A DNA stretch of 64,000 nucleotides from an uncultured Flavobacteriaceae bacterium (GTDB lineage: Bacteria > Bacteroidota > Bacteroidia > Flavobacteriales > Flavobacteriaceae): positions 11,678-75,677 of the forward strand of contig CAWFJI010000010.1 in assembly GCA_963816075.1 (NCBI GenBank), given 5' to 3'. The translations under genes and the position numbers were made by a program. The notes beneath the pieces were generated by a model. It had not been told where the DNA came from. It searched no databases and worked only from the letters and a program-made list of their open reading frames with translations. This document shows positions 9,705 to 19,668 of the stretch, piece by piece; within the stretch, counting starts at the first letter, position 1; every line of letters begins with the position of its first letter.

Positions 9705-10070
9705 ATGACGAAAAAATTAGCAAATCCTGATGTGCTTATTGCAGAAATAATCAAAGGGATTGAAGAAGTAAAAGGAGAGCACATCACCCTGCTGGATCTT
9801 AGAAAAATACCGAATACCGTTTGCGATTATTTTATTATTTGCGATGGAACCTCGAACACACAGGTTGCAGCCATCTCAGGTTCCATACAAAAAACCGTGA
9901 GCAAAAATATAAAAGAGAAAGCCTGGCATATTGAAGGAGAGAGCAATGCTGAATGGATCCTGATGGATTATGTAAACGTAGTTGTACATATTTTTCAAAG
10001 AAAAACCCGGGAGTTTTACAACCTGGAAGGCCTGTGGGGCGATGCCAAGATCACCAATATATCGAATTAG
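9705..10070 (+). CDS. rsfS: ribosome silencing factor RsfS
   Basis: 121-aa ORF with typical RsfS/iojap length and sequence (DYFIICDGTSNTQV, EWILMDYVNVVVHIF). Confidence 0.88.
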   Translation: MTKKLANPDVLIAEIIKGIEEVKGEHITLLDLRKIPNTVCDYFIICDGTSNTQVAAISGSIQKTVSKNIKEKAWHIEGESNAEWILMDYVNVVVHIFQRKTREFYNLEGLWGDAKITNISN

Positions 10071-10093
10071 TATTTATTTCATTCCCCGATTTT

Positions 10094-12124
10094 ATGAGCG
10101 ACGAAAAGAAACCAACAAATAAAGATAACGACAACAATCCTTTGAAGCAATTTAACTTTAAGTTCAATTTTTACTGGATTTACGGGATTATCTTTGCTTT
10201 GATTATAGGATATCAGTTTTTAAATTCCGCTGATCTGGCAAGTTCTAAACTTACAGAAAATCAGTTCAACGAAATTTTAAAGGAAAATGATATTCAGAAA
10301 ATAGTCATTGTCAACGGCGATTTTGCACAACTTTTTTTAAAGCCGGAAGCTTTACAAAAAGAAAAGCACAGCAAAAACAAGAATACTTCCTTTTTAAATG
10401 CTGCAGCGCCTGCCTACACCTACGATTTTGGAGATCTCCAGAATTTTGAGAACAAGTTAGCACTTGCCAAATCAGAATTTACCCTTGATTTCGACAAAGA
10501 TACCATCACCCAAACCAGCTTTTTTGATTCCTTCATTGTCTGGTTACCCTTCCTGTTCATCATCGGTTTATGGATATTTTTCATGCGCCGTATGTCAGGT
10601 GCCGGTGGCGGAGCCGGAGGTGGCGGACAAATTTTCAACATAGGTAAATCCCGTGCAAAGATCTTTGATCAGAACACAAAAGTGAAGACCACCTTTAAAG
10701 ACGTGGCCGGCTTGGAAGGTGCCAAAGAAGAGATACAGGAAATCGTAGAGTTTCTTAAAAGTCCGGGTAAATTCACCAAACTGGGTGGAAAAATACCGAA
10801 GGGTGCTCTACTGGTAGGGCCTCCGGGTACCGGGAAAACCCTATTGGCCAAAGCCGTTGCCGGTGAGGCCGATGTGCCTTTCTTCTCCCTTTCCGGATCA
10901 GATTTTGTTGAGATGTTCGTTGGGGTTGGCGCCAGCAGGGTGCGCGACTTGTTCAAACAGGCGCAGCAAAAAGCACCTTCAATTATTTTCATCGATGAGA
11001 TCGATGCCATAGGACGTGCCCGTGGAAAAAACAACATTACCGGAGGAAACGACGAAAGAGAAAATACGCTGAACCAGCTGCTTACAGAAATGGATGGTTT
11101 TGGCACAGATTCCAATGTAATCGTGCTTGCCGCTACCAACAGGGCCGATATACTTGACAAGGCGCTCATGCGCGCCGGACGATTCGACCGGCAGATCTAT
11201 GTAGACCTGCCCGATAAAAATGAACGCCTTGAGATTTTCCACGTTCATGTAAAACCCCTGAAACTTGGAAAAGACGTGGATCTGGAATTCCTTTCAAAAC
11301 AGACACCCGGTTTTTCGGGCGCGGATATAGCCAATGTGTGCAATGAAGCCGCTTTGATCGCGGCACGAAAAGGCAATGATGCAGTGAACCACCAGGACTT
11401 TTTGGATGCCGTCGACAGGATCGTGGGCGGACTCGAAAAGAAAAATAAGATCATCACCAACAAGGAAAAACGAACCATAGCCTACCACGAGGCCGGACAT
11501 GCAACGGTTAGCTGGATGCTGGAACATGCAGCTCCGCTCGTAAAAGTGACCATAGTGCCCCGCGGAAAATCGCTGGGTGCCGCCTGGTATCTGCCGGAGG
11601 AAAGACAGATCGTTCATACAGATCAGATGCTGGACGAGATGTGCGCTACCCTGGGCGGCCGTGCAGCTGAAAAGATTACCTTTGACAAGATCTCCACAGG
11701 AGCACTGAACGACCTTGAAAAAGTTACGCGTCAGGCCAAGGCCATTGTAACCGTTTACGGACTGAATGATAAAATAGGAAACATTACCTATTATGATTCT
11801 TCCGGTCAGACTGATTACAGTTTTAACAATCCCTACAGTGAGAAAACCGCACAGGTCATAGATCATGAGATCTCCTCTATTGTTGAAGAACAGTACCAAA
11901 GAGCGATTGGCATATTAACCAAACACAAGAAGGAATTGACCGTACTTGCCGAATTGCTCATGGAAAAGGAAGTGATCTTTGAAGATGACCTCAGGAGGAT
12001 CTTTGGAGAAAGGCCTTTTACAAATGATGACGAAGCCCATCTGGTAAGTAAAGCGGCTCAGGAAGAAAGCAAAAAAGAAAAAATTTCAGGAGAAAGTGAA
12101 ATTTCTTCCAAAAACACCATTTAA
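10094..12124 (+). CDS. ftsH: ATP-dependent zinc metalloprotease FtsH
   Basis: ORF 9953..12124. Start moved to ATG 10094 ([10 protein letters not shown]), because the upstream extension overlaps rsfS. Walker A GPPGTGKT, zinc site HEAGHA, two TM segments. Confidence 0.93.
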   Translation: MSDEKKPTNKDNDNNPLKQFNFKFNFYWIYGIIFALIIGYQFLNSADLASSKLTENQFNEILKENDIQKIVIVNGDFAQLFLKPEALQKEKHSKNKNTSFLNAAAPAYTYDFGDLQNFENKLALAKSEFTLDFDKDTITQTSFFDSFIVWLPFLFIIGLWIFFMRRMSGAGGGAGGGGQIFNIGKSRAKIFDQNTKVKTTFKDVAGLEGAKEEIQEIVEFLKSPGKFTKLGGKIPKGALLVGPPGTGKTLLAKAVAGEADVPFFSLSGSDFVEMFVGVGASRVRDLFKQAQQKAPSIIFIDEIDAIGRARGKNNITGGNDERENTLNQLLTEMDGFGTDSNVIVLAATNRADILDKALMRAGRFDRQIYVDLPDKNERLEIFHVHVKPLKLGKDVDLEFLSKQTPGFSGADIANVCNEAALIAARKGNDAVNHQDFLDAVDRIVGGLEKKNKIITNKEKRTIAYHEAGHATVSWMLEHAAPLVKVTIVPRGKSLGAAWYLPEERQIVHTDQMLDEMCATLGGRAAEKITFDKISTGALNDLEKVTRQAKAIVTVYGLNDKIGNITYYDSSGQTDYSFNNPYSEKTAQVIDHEISSIVEEQYQRAIGILTKHKKELTVLAELLMEKEVIFEDDLRRIFGERPFTNDDEAHLVSKAAQEESKKEKISGESEISSKNTI

Positions 12125-12161
12125 TAAATAGTTTTTGTAAATTTGGTTTTTTACGTACCCG

Positions 12162-12752
12162 ATGAATCTGTTTAAAAAATTTTTTCAAAAGAAAGAAGCT
12201 CCTTCCAAACCCAAAGAAGATTTTTCTTCAAAAGATAATCTGTCGACAGATGAATTATTCGTAAGAAAGTTTATTTCAAAAGGGGGAAAATTTCTCTATT
12301 GCCAGGATAAAGAAGAAGTTAAAACGGAATTATCAAAGGTTCTGCTGGAAAATGAATGGAACAATGTTGTCTGTTTTGACAACAGTCTGAATGAGATCTT
12401 ATCTGATATCAACAGTGCAAAAACACCCAAAGTCATACTCAACCTGCCATTTTTTACTGCCTGTGAAGCATTGGTCTCTGAAGACGGCAGTATTATGTTT
12501 TCTACCTGCCAGTTGAAAGAATACAAGTTGCAGGACCTGCCCAACAGTTTTATTGTATTCGGCAAAACCAGCCAGCTCGTAAAATCGATCAGCGATGGCG
12601 TTATGGGTGTGAGAATGCGTTCTACAAAAAATTCACCAACCATCATAAGCTCTGTAAAAGATTACCTGCCCAATAAATCCGAGGTTGACTTTCTGACTTA
12701 TGGAAATAATAATTCTAAAACACTCTATTTGCTGTTGTTAGAGGATCTATAA
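12162..12752 (+). CDS. LUD (LutC/YkgG-like) domain protein, function unknown
   Basis: 196-aa ORF between ftsH and cdsA. The family assignment is by resemblance only. Confidence 0.5.
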   Translation: MNLFKKFFQKKEAPSKPKEDFSSKDNLSTDELFVRKFISKGGKFLYCQDKEEVKTELSKVLLENEWNNVVCFDNSLNEILSDINSAKTPKVILNLPFFTACEALVSEDGSIMFSTCQLKEYKLQDLPNSFIVFGKTSQLVKSISDGVMGVRMRSTKNSPTIISSVKDYLPNKSEVDFLTYGNNNSKTLYLLLLEDL

Positions 12753-12757
12753 AACGG

Positions 12758-13579
12758 ATGAACAATTTTACCCTGCGCTTAATATTCGGATTGTTATATG
12801 CGATAGTCGTGGTTTTTGGCGCCTACCTGGGTAATGTGACTTTCTATCTGGTCTTTTTTGTGTTCATGATCTTCTGCCTGTATGAATTTCTCAGGCTGAT
12901 CGACCTCAAAAGCGGCTATCCTTATCTGCTGGCCGTCGCCTCCTTTTTATCTGCCATCATCAGCAATGAGGATGCGCATACCAGGGACAATGTTTTGATC
13001 AACAAGATCCTGTTCAGTATCATTGCAGCAGCCCTGTATTTTAGTTTTATATCTGCACTGATCTCTTCGAGGAAAATTTCTATACAATATCTCGGAAAGA
13101 TCTTTTTAAGTCTGATCTATATCATTCTGCCTTTTTCTTTTCTGATAAAAATTCCATACCTGAATGTCACCATTTCCTATGATTACGTAGTCCTGATCGG
13201 CATTTTTGTACTGATCTGGAGCAACGATGTTTTTGCATATCTGATCGGCAAGAATTTTGGAAAACATAAACTGATCGAAAGAGTCTCGCCAAACAAGACG
13301 GTTGAGGGCTTTATTGGCGGCTTTGTTTTTACGTATATAGCCGGTTTTTTTATTTCTGTTTACTGCGATTCCCTTTTTTCATACCAGTGGCTGGGAATAG
13401 CCATTATCGTTAGTGTTTTCGGGGTATTGGGCGATCTGATCGAATCGATGTTCAAGCGACAGGCAGGTGTAAAAGACAGTAGCAATTTTATTCCGGGCCA
13501 CGGAGGTTTTTTAGATAGGCTGGATAGTATTATATTTGCCACACCATTCATATTTATTTATTTATACCTCACTGCGTAA
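12758..13579 (+). CDS. cdsA: phosphatidate cytidylyltransferase
   Basis: 273-aa polytopic membrane ORF with the CdsA signature SMFKRQAGVKDSSNFIPGHGGFLDRLDS. Confidence 0.92.
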   Translation: MNNFTLRLIFGLLYAIVVVFGAYLGNVTFYLVFFVFMIFCLYEFLRLIDLKSGYPYLLAVASFLSAIISNEDAHTRDNVLINKILFSIIAAALYFSFISALISSRKISIQYLGKIFLSLIYIILPFSFLIKIPYLNVTISYDYVVLIGIFVLIWSNDVFAYLIGKNFGKHKLIERVSPNKTVEGFIGGFVFTYIAGFFISVYCDSLFSYQWLGIAIIVSVFGVLGDLIESMFKRQAGVKDSSNFIPGHGGFLDRLDSIIFATPFIFIYLYLTA

Positions 13580-14233
13580 ATGTTTCATAAGGAAGGATAT
13601 AAGATCATCGTACTCGCCTCAGTAATCCTGGTGGCACTCATGTTGCTCACCGACCATTTTGTACCTGTTCTTTGGTTGCAAAAGCTGCTGATGATCTCTT
13701 TTTTAATACTTTATATTTTGGTTTTGAATTTTTTCAGAAACCCGAGAAGAAATACAGTCATCCATGCGGAACACATACTGGCTCCTGCCGACGGGAAAGT
13801 TGTCGTGATCGAAGAAGTTGAAGACAATGAGTTTTTTAAAGGAAAACGCCGGCAGATCTCTATCTTCATGTCGCCCCTGAATGTGCATGTGACCCGGTAT
13901 CCCATAAGTGGCAAAATCATTTACAGCAAATACCATCCCGGGAAATTTCTGGTGGCCTGGCATCCAAAATCTTCAGAGGACAATGAGCGCACAACCATAG
14001 TTATAGAAAATGACACCGTTGGTAAAATCATGTACCGGCAAATAGCCGGGGCAGTCGCCAGACGGATCGTGAACTATGCCAAAGCCGATCAAACCGCAGT
14101 ACAGGGGGCAGATGCGGGCTTTATAAAGTTCGGATCAAGAATCGATATTCTCGTACCTCTTGATATGAAAGTTCATGTTGGTCTGGATCAAAAGACCATC
14201 GGTGGTGAAACGGTAATCGCTTCGAAAAGATGA
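13580..14233 (+). CDS. psd: phosphatidylserine decarboxylase proenzyme
   Basis: 217-aa ORF starting directly after the cdsA stop. Short-form Psd with a FGSR-type self-cleavage region (IKFGSRIDI). Confidence 0.88.
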   Translation: MFHKEGYKIIVLASVILVALMLLTDHFVPVLWLQKLLMISFLILYILVLNFFRNPRRNTVIHAEHILAPADGKVVVIEEVEDNEFFKGKRRQISIFMSPLNVHVTRYPISGKIIYSKYHPGKFLVAWHPKSSEDNERTTIVIENDTVGKIMYRQIAGAVARRIVNYAKADQTAVQGADAGFIKFGSRIDILVPLDMKVHVGLDQKTIGGETVIASKR

Positions 14234-14499
14234 CAGACCTTGATAAAAAATTTGAGAAAGCCTATGAGATCGCATCGGCTATGACAGAAAAACTTCCGGC
14301 GGATGTAATGCTGCAATTCTACGCCTATTACAAACAGGCAACACATGGAATGCCCAGTTTAATGCCAACCGGTGATAATGAGGTGCGGAACGCCTTTAAA
14401 CTGAATGCCTGGTTACAGGTAAATCATTTAAGTGAGGAGGAAGCAAAATTAAAATATATTGAGCTCGTAGAGAAGTATAACAATATCAGGATAGAATAA
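14230..14499 (+). CDS. acyl-CoA-binding protein (ACBP family)
   Basis: 89-aa ORF with ACBP signatures YAYYKQATHG and FKLNAW. The ATGA overlap with the psd stop implies translational coupling. Confidence 0.8.
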   Translation: MTDLDKKFEKAYEIASAMTEKLPADVMLQFYAYYKQATHGMPSLMPTGDNEVRNAFKLNAWLQVNHLSEEEAKLKYIELVEKYNNIRIE

Positions 14500-14541
14500 A
14501 CCTTTTTTTTACCTCACTCCTTGCAGGCCGGCGGCCGCATT

Positions 14542-14988
14542 TTACGGTTCATAAACCAGCAGCCAGTCCGTATCCTCTCCATTTTTCAGCGATTTGATCA
14601 GTTTGAAATGATTCTTTTTATAGAATTGGATCAGATCTTCTTCTTCAACTGTCAGCCAATATTTTTGCTCAGGAAAATCTTGCATCAGCATTTTCAGCCA
14701 TGCTGAACCCAGCCTTTTTCCGCGGTAAACTTCGGGTACCCATAAAAAGCCTATGTATAAATAACCCTGGTCAAGCCAGGTCTGGGCTTCAACACGATTA
14801 TACCACATATCGGGAGAACAGGTAGAAAATACGATCCCTCCGGCCATCAATGCTGCTCCTTCAAAAAGACCGTATATTTTTGCGTTCTGTTTGTACTGAT
14901 CCCAATAGGGTGCTATATTTTCCTGCCAGATTTCCGGCAGTAAAGGAAAGAAAGTCTTTGGGGATATTTCTTTAAAGGTCAAATCCAT
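14542..14988 (-). CDS. GNAT family N-acetyltransferase
   Basis: 148-aa ORF with the acetyl-CoA pocket motif YRGKRLGSAWL. Confidence 0.75.
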   Translation of the reverse strand: MDLTFKEISPKTFFPLLPEIWQENIAPYWDQYKQNAKIYGLFEGAALMAGGIVFSTCSPDMWYNRVEAQTWLDQGYLYIGFLWVPEVYRGKRLGSAWLKMLMQDFPEQKYWLTVEEEDLIQFYKKNHFKLIKSLKNGEDTDWLLVYEP

Positions 14989-14997
14989 AAATTCGTA

Positions 14998-16293
14998 TTA
15001 TAACAAACCCCAGGACATCAACCTGTCAGAATCATGAAACCACCTGTCGCCTATATCGGTTCTGTAATAGGCATTGTTAATGATTATATTTTTGATCCTG
15101 TTGAACATCATTTTTTGGGCATCGCGCATGGTCAGTCCCGTTCCGGTCACCAGCAGGGCTAAACCGGAATCACCGGTAATAAGCCATTCCTTATTGATCA
15201 TTTTGAGGTGCATGGGATGCAGTCCTTCTTTCATCTCCTTTCTGAAAATAACCACCGCATCTTTAGAGAAGGTTTCAAAAGTTTTTTTGTCGTCATAGGG
15301 AAAAGGAGGTACAACCATATAGGCACCAACCTGAAAACCGGTTTTTGTGTTGATCTCAAATTTTACTCCGCTGGCTACCTTGTACAGGAAATTACCAAAG
15401 GGTTCATTGATGCCGGCCCTTTGGATCTGAACCTGCGGATAGCCAAACCGGGAAGTGAACTCGAGGGGATAGATCCCGTTTGAATTGACGATACAGTTGA
15501 TATCAATATGACCTACAAACTTGTCTTTTGCCAGTGTGGTTTCGAATTTCCTAAGGGTTGCCTCAAAGATCGGGTTCTCATCCGTCCAGAACATGCTGGT
15601 TCCCATTTCACCGGTAGAAACCCCCAGTTCTTTGGGAAATAATTTCTTATGTTCAAAAGTAATATTGACCGGTTTCAAAAATTCATTTCCATTAAAAAAG
15701 GCAGCTACCGAAATTTCAACACCGGTAACTTTTCGCTGCAGCTGAAAGGAACCCATTTCGTTTCCCCAGGTCTTTTCATAGGCTTTGAGGACTCGAATGA
15801 TATCAGAACCGTCATCATCCACCCCCACGAACAACAATTGTTTATAGTCCTGTATTTCGCCTGAGGGTTTTATTACATAACTGTTCGGGTTTCGCTTAAC
15901 ATAATCAATGGCATCATGAAAGGTAGTGAACTCCTGAAATGGCAGCGTTTTGATCTTATGCCGCCTCAGCTCCTCCTGGCCAAATCCCCTGTCGAATTCC
16001 AGGTTATCCGCATATTCGGTTCCTCCTATGACCAATTTTCCTGCTTTGCGAAGTTCAGCAGCAATCTTGCCATAACCCGTAAAATCAAAAACGATCACAT
16101 CGGCCCAGTCGATGTGCTTCTTCCAGTCCGGGGTTTTGGGTACAAAGCCTTTACCAATTTCATTCAGGTATTTTTTTTCAATAAATAATTTGACCTGATT
16201 TCCTTCGTTTTGAACGGCATAAGCGATATCGAGGATTTCACCCCATTTTGAAACAAACAGAAATTTTCTGCTTTGCGGTGCTTTTTTTTTCAA
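14998..16293 (-). CDS. divergent PurD-like ATP-grasp protein (annotated in relatives as phosphoribosylglycinamide synthetase-like)
   Basis: 431-aa ORF with a TTG start followed by an A9 run. ATP-grasp-like segments YVIKPSGE and LEFTSRFGYPQVQIQ parallel PurD VVKADGLAAGKG and EFNARFGDPETQ. The PurD N-terminal GGREHA motif is absent. Confidence 0.6.
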   Translation of the reverse strand: MKKKAPQSRKFLFVSKWGEILDIAYAVQNEGNQVKLFIEKKYLNEIGKGFVPKTPDWKKHIDWADVIVFDFTGYGKIAAELRKAGKLVIGGTEYADNLEFDRGFGQEELRRHKIKTLPFQEFTTFHDAIDYVKRNPNSYVIKPSGEIQDYKQLLFVGVDDDGSDIIRVLKAYEKTWGNEMGSFQLQRKVTGVEISVAAFFNGNEFLKPVNITFEHKKLFPKELGVSTGEMGTSMFWTDENPIFEATLRKFETTLAKDKFVGHIDINCIVNSNGIYPLEFTSRFGYPQVQIQRAGINEPFGNFLYKVASGVKFEINTKTGFQVGAYMVVPPFPYDDKKTFETFSKDAVVIFRKEMKEGLHPMHLKMINKEWLITGDSGLALLVTGTGLTMRDAQKMMFNRIKNIIINNAYYRTDIGDRWFHDSDRLMSWGLL

Positions 16294-16339
16294 TTAAACC
16301 TTTTTTAGATTGGTTGTTTATGATTGTTTAAATACACTT

Positions 16340-16347
16340 CAAAGTTA
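16340..16347 (-). promoter_or_regulatory. candidate -7 promoter box (TAnnTTTG) for the ATP-grasp/GNAT operon
   Basis: TAACTTTG on the minus strand, 46 nt upstream of the TTG start at 16293. Confidence 0.35.
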
Positions 16348-16479
16348 GTTAACCTGCACGAAATACATTCTGGCTTTCATTTATTATTTCATCTATATCC
16401 GCCAAACTGAGAGCAGGAAGCAGAGAGCTGAAAACGAAGGTTCGCTAACCCTTTCACATGTTTTTTAACAGATAGGTTC

Positions 16480-19107
16480 CTATTTAAGATTGGCTATGCT
16501 ATCCTCCAGCAACTTAATTTTAGTCAGTGCATCCGACTCTTTTTTGCGTTCCACCGCAACCACCTGTTCGGGAGCACCCGCAACAAACTTCTCATTGCTC
16601 AGTTTATTTTGTACAGAATGTAAAAAGCCCCGGGTGTATTTGAGTTCATTCTGCAGTTTTTCGATCTCCTCACCGATATTGAGATAACCCTGAAGGGGTA
16701 TAAAATATTCATTTCCTTTCACCCTGAATGATACAGCCCCTTCCGGTTTCTCCTGGATATACTGTACCCTTTCCAGGTTTGTAAGCCGCATGATGATCCC
16801 GTCAAAAAAGGTGTTCGTGTTATCGGCATTCATCACCAAAACTTGCAGCTGCTCTTTTTGAGGAACATTTTTCTCTTTTCTTATATTTCTTATACCGCTG
16901 ATCACTTCTGCAGCAAAATCAAATTCTTCAACAAGCTGAAGTTTCATTTCAACAGGTTCAGGCCAGGGAGAAACGATCAGGGCTTCATCCTTGGCTCTCG
17001 GACTTATATCCTGCCAGATCTCTTCGGTAATAAAGGGCATAAAAGGATGCAGTATCTTTAAGATCTGTTCAAAGTTGGCCTGGGTTTCGGAAAAAGTTTT
17101 CAGATCAATGGGTTTCTGGTAATCCGGTTTTACCATTTCCAAATACCAGGAACTGAAATCATCCCAAATGAACTTGTAGGTCATCATCAGCGCTTCTGAT
17201 ATCCTGTAATCCGCATAGGCCTTTTCCAGATTGGTCAGCACAAGCGACAATTTGGCCTGAAACCAGTCATTCGCCTTCCTGGCATGTTCAGGCTGTTCCA
17301 TCTTTTCATCAACCTGCCAGCCTTTTATCAACCTGAAGGCATTCCAGATCTTATTGGAGAAATTCCTTCCCTGTTCACACAGTTCCTCGTCAAAAGGCAG
17401 GTCGTTACCGGCCGGAGAGGTCAGCAACATACCAACCCGAACCCCGTCAGCTCCGTATTTTTCGATCAGCTCGATGGGATCCGGTGAATTTCCAAGTGAC
17501 TTGGACATCTTTCTCCCCAGTTTATCCCTTACAATACCCGTTAAATAGACCTTGGAAAAAGGTTTTTCCCCGCGGTACTCATAACCGGCAATGATCATTC
17601 GTGCAACCCAGAAGAAGAGTATCTCGGGTGCCGTTACCAGATCCTGGGTAGGGTAGTAATAATTGATCTCTTCGTTATCCGGATTTCTGATCCCGTCAAA
17701 AACGGAAATGGGCCACAACCAGGAAGAAAACCAGGTATCCAGGGCATCATTATCCTGTCTCAGGTCTGAGGCCTGTAAATTCTTTCCTGATTTCTGTTTT
17801 GCTTTCTTCAGCGCTTCCTCTGCATTTTTTGCCACCACAAAATCCTCAGTCCCTTCGCCGTAATAATAAGCCGGAATGCGGTGCCCCCACCACAACTGCC
17901 GCGATATATTCCAGTCGCGCACATTTTCCATCCAGTGCCGATAAGTATTTTTAAATTTGGGCGGTACCAGCAATACCTCATCTTCCATGACAGCCTTGAG
18001 GGCCGGTGCCGACAATTCTTTCATTTTTAAAAACCATTGTACCGATATTTTGGGCTCTATCACGGCTCCTGTCCGCTCAGAAGTTCCAACTTTATTGGTA
18101 TAGTCTTCGATTTTTGCAATATTGCCTCCCTCTTCCAGTTCCTTAACGATCTCCTTTCTTACAACAAAGCGGTCCTTGCCTTTGTAATGCAAACCGTGGT
18201 CATTTAAGGTGGCATCGTCATTAAAAATATCGATGACCTCCAGGTGGTGCTTTTCTCCGATCACCTTGTCATTGGGGTCATGTGCCGGTGTTATCTTTAA
18301 ACAACCTGTTCCGAATTCCTTGTCTACGTATTCATCAGCAATAACCGGAATCAGCCTGTTGGCGATCGGCACCATTACCCTTTTACCAATAAAACGGGTA
18401 AAGCGCTCATCTTCAGGATGCACACAAACCGCCGTATCACCCAAAATGGTCTCCGGTCTGGTTGTAGCCAGGGTTAAAAATTCATCTGAACCCTCCAGTT
18501 TATATTTCAGATAATACAGTTTGCCCTGTTTTTCTGTATAGATAACTTCTTCATCGGATACGGTGGTTTTCGCTTCCGGATCCCAGTTTACCATTCTGTA
18601 ACCTCTGTAGATATATCCTTTCTCGAAAAGATCAATGAAGACGTCCTCAACTGACTCTGACAGCTCGTCATCCATCGTAAACTTTGTTCTTTTCCAGTCG
18701 CAGGAAGCTCCCAGTTTTTTCAATTGCTCCAGGATAATCCCGCCGTGTTTATGTGTCCAGTCCCAGGCATGCTCCAAAAATGCCTCCCGGGTAAGCTGAC
18801 TTTTTTCTATTCCTTCCTGCTTCAATTTGGCAACAACCTTCGCCTCGGTTGCAATCGAGGCATGGTCCGTGCCAGGTACCCAGCAGGCATTAAAACCTTT
18901 CATTCTCGCCCTCCTGATCAGGACATCCTGAATGGTATTGTTCAGCATATGGCCCATGTGTAAAACACCGGTCACATTGGGTGGCGGTATGACTATGGTG
19001 TAGGCTTTTCTCTGGTCGGGTTTTGAATAAAAATAACCCTGGTCGAGCCAGTAAGAATACCATTTGTCCTCTACTTCTTTGGGATCGTATTTTGCCGAAA
19101 TCTGCAT
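16480..19107 (-). CDS. valS: valine--tRNA ligase
   Basis: 875-aa ORF. Class I motifs [12 protein letters not shown] (HIGH) and KMSKS, with a C-terminal coiled coil. Confidence 0.95.
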   Translation of the reverse strand: MQISAKYDPKEVEDKWYSYWLDQGYFYSKPDQRKAYTIVIPPPNVTGVLHMGHMLNNTIQDVLIRRARMKGFNACWVPGTDHASIATEAKVVAKLKQEGIEKSQLTREAFLEHAWDWTHKHGGIILEQLKKLGASCDWKRTKFTMDDELSESVEDVFIDLFEKGYIYRGYRMVNWDPEAKTTVSDEEVIYTEKQGKLYYLKYKLEGSDEFLTLATTRPETILGDTAVCVHPEDERFTRFIGKRVMVPIANRLIPVIADEYVDKEFGTGCLKITPAHDPNDKVIGEKHHLEVIDIFNDDATLNDHGLHYKGKDRFVVRKEIVKELEEGGNIAKIEDYTNKVGTSERTGAVIEPKISVQWFLKMKELSAPALKAVMEDEVLLVPPKFKNTYRHWMENVRDWNISRQLWWGHRIPAYYYGEGTEDFVVAKNAEEALKKAKQKSGKNLQASDLRQDNDALDTWFSSWLWPISVFDGIRNPDNEEINYYYPTQDLVTAPEILFFWVARMIIAGYEYRGEKPFSKVYLTGIVRDKLGRKMSKSLGNSPDPIELIEKYGADGVRVGMLLTSPAGNDLPFDEELCEQGRNFSNKIWNAFRLIKGWQVDEKMEQPEHARKANDWFQAKLSLVLTNLEKAYADYRISEALMMTYKFIWDDFSSWYLEMVKPDYQKPIDLKTFSETQANFEQILKILHPFMPFITEEIWQDISPRAKDEALIVSPWPEPVEMKLQLVEEFDFAAEVISGIRNIRKEKNVPQKEQLQVLVMNADNTNTFFDGIIMRLTNLERVQYIQEKPEGAVSFRVKGNEYFIPLQGYLNIGEEIEKLQNELKYTRGFLHSVQNKLSNEKFVAGAPEQVVAVERKKESDALTKIKLLEDSIANLK

Positions 19108-19133
19108 ATGCTAATTTTTTGTGAAAATGAAGG

Positions 19134-19141
19134 CAAAATTA
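19134..19141 (-). promoter_or_regulatory. candidate -7 promoter box (TAnnTTTG) for valS
   Basis: TAATTTTG on the minus strand, 26 nt upstream of the valS ATG. Confidence 0.4.
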
Positions 19142-19193
19142 CAATTTTAAGCAATAATTCGGGTTTTATTTAGTTAGTATTTTGTTTTAATTG

Positions 19194-19201
19194 TACCTTT
19201 G
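19194..19201 (+). promoter_or_regulatory. candidate -7 promoter box (TAnnTTTG) for the DUF1573 gene
   Basis: TACCTTTG lies 19 nt upstream of ATG 19221. Confidence 0.4.
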
Positions 19202-19220
19202 AACGTTAATTTTAATTTAT

Positions 19221-19619
19221 ATGAAAAAGCTATTATTTATTTTGTTTGTCCTCCTGACGGGAGCTGCCGGTTATTCGCAAACCAAGGAGGAAATAAGGAA
19301 GGATTTTACCGGGCCTGATTTCAAATTTGATTCGGAAGTTATTGATTACGGTGATGTTGCGAAAGGCAGTGATGGTTCAAGAGTTTTTAAATTCAAGAAC
19401 GTTGGAAAAGCGCCTTTGATTATCAGCAATATCAAATCGAGTTGTGGTTGTACAGTTCCCGAAAAACCGGAAAAACCGATCATGCCGGGTGAAACTGCCG
19501 AAATAAAAGTTAAATATGATACCAACCGATCCGGGCCTTTTTCAAAATCAATTACCATTGCATCGAACGCATTTGAAGAAACAAAGACTTTATCGATCAA
19601 GGGAAGGGTACTGGAATAA
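19221..19619 (+). CDS. DUF1573 domain-containing secreted protein
   Basis: 132-aa ORF with a signal peptide and the DUF1573 hallmark SSCGCTVPE. Confidence 0.8.
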   Translation: MKKLLFILFVLLTGAAGYSQTKEEIRKDFTGPDFKFDSEVIDYGDVAKGSDGSRVFKFKNVGKAPLIISNIKSSCGCTVPEKPEKPIMPGETAEIKVKYDTNRSGPFSKSITIASNAFEETKTLSIKGRVLE

Positions 19620-19642
19620 GTATCGTTGTTTTATAACTAAAT

Positions 19643-19667
19643 AAAAAAAGCCCTCGGGCTTTTTTTA
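19643..19667. terminator. bidirectional rho-independent terminator
   Basis: AAAAAAAGCCC-TC-GGGCTTTTTTT sits between the convergent DUF1573 gene (+) and the protease gene (-). Confidence 0.8.
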
Positions 19668-19668
19668 T

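Noticed and set aside
9953-10093. Upstream extension of the ftsH ORF (start at 9953).
   Set aside because: The extension overlaps the 3' end of rsfS in another frame and translates to non-FtsH-like text. ATG 10094 gives a normal FtsH N-terminus followed by the first TM helix.
16294-16479. 186-bp gap between valS and the ATP-grasp gene as a possible ncRNA or riboswitch.
   Set aside because: I could not find a stable conserved-looking structure or a known motif. It contains a plausible TAnnTTTG promoter box and is adequately explained as a promoter and leader region.
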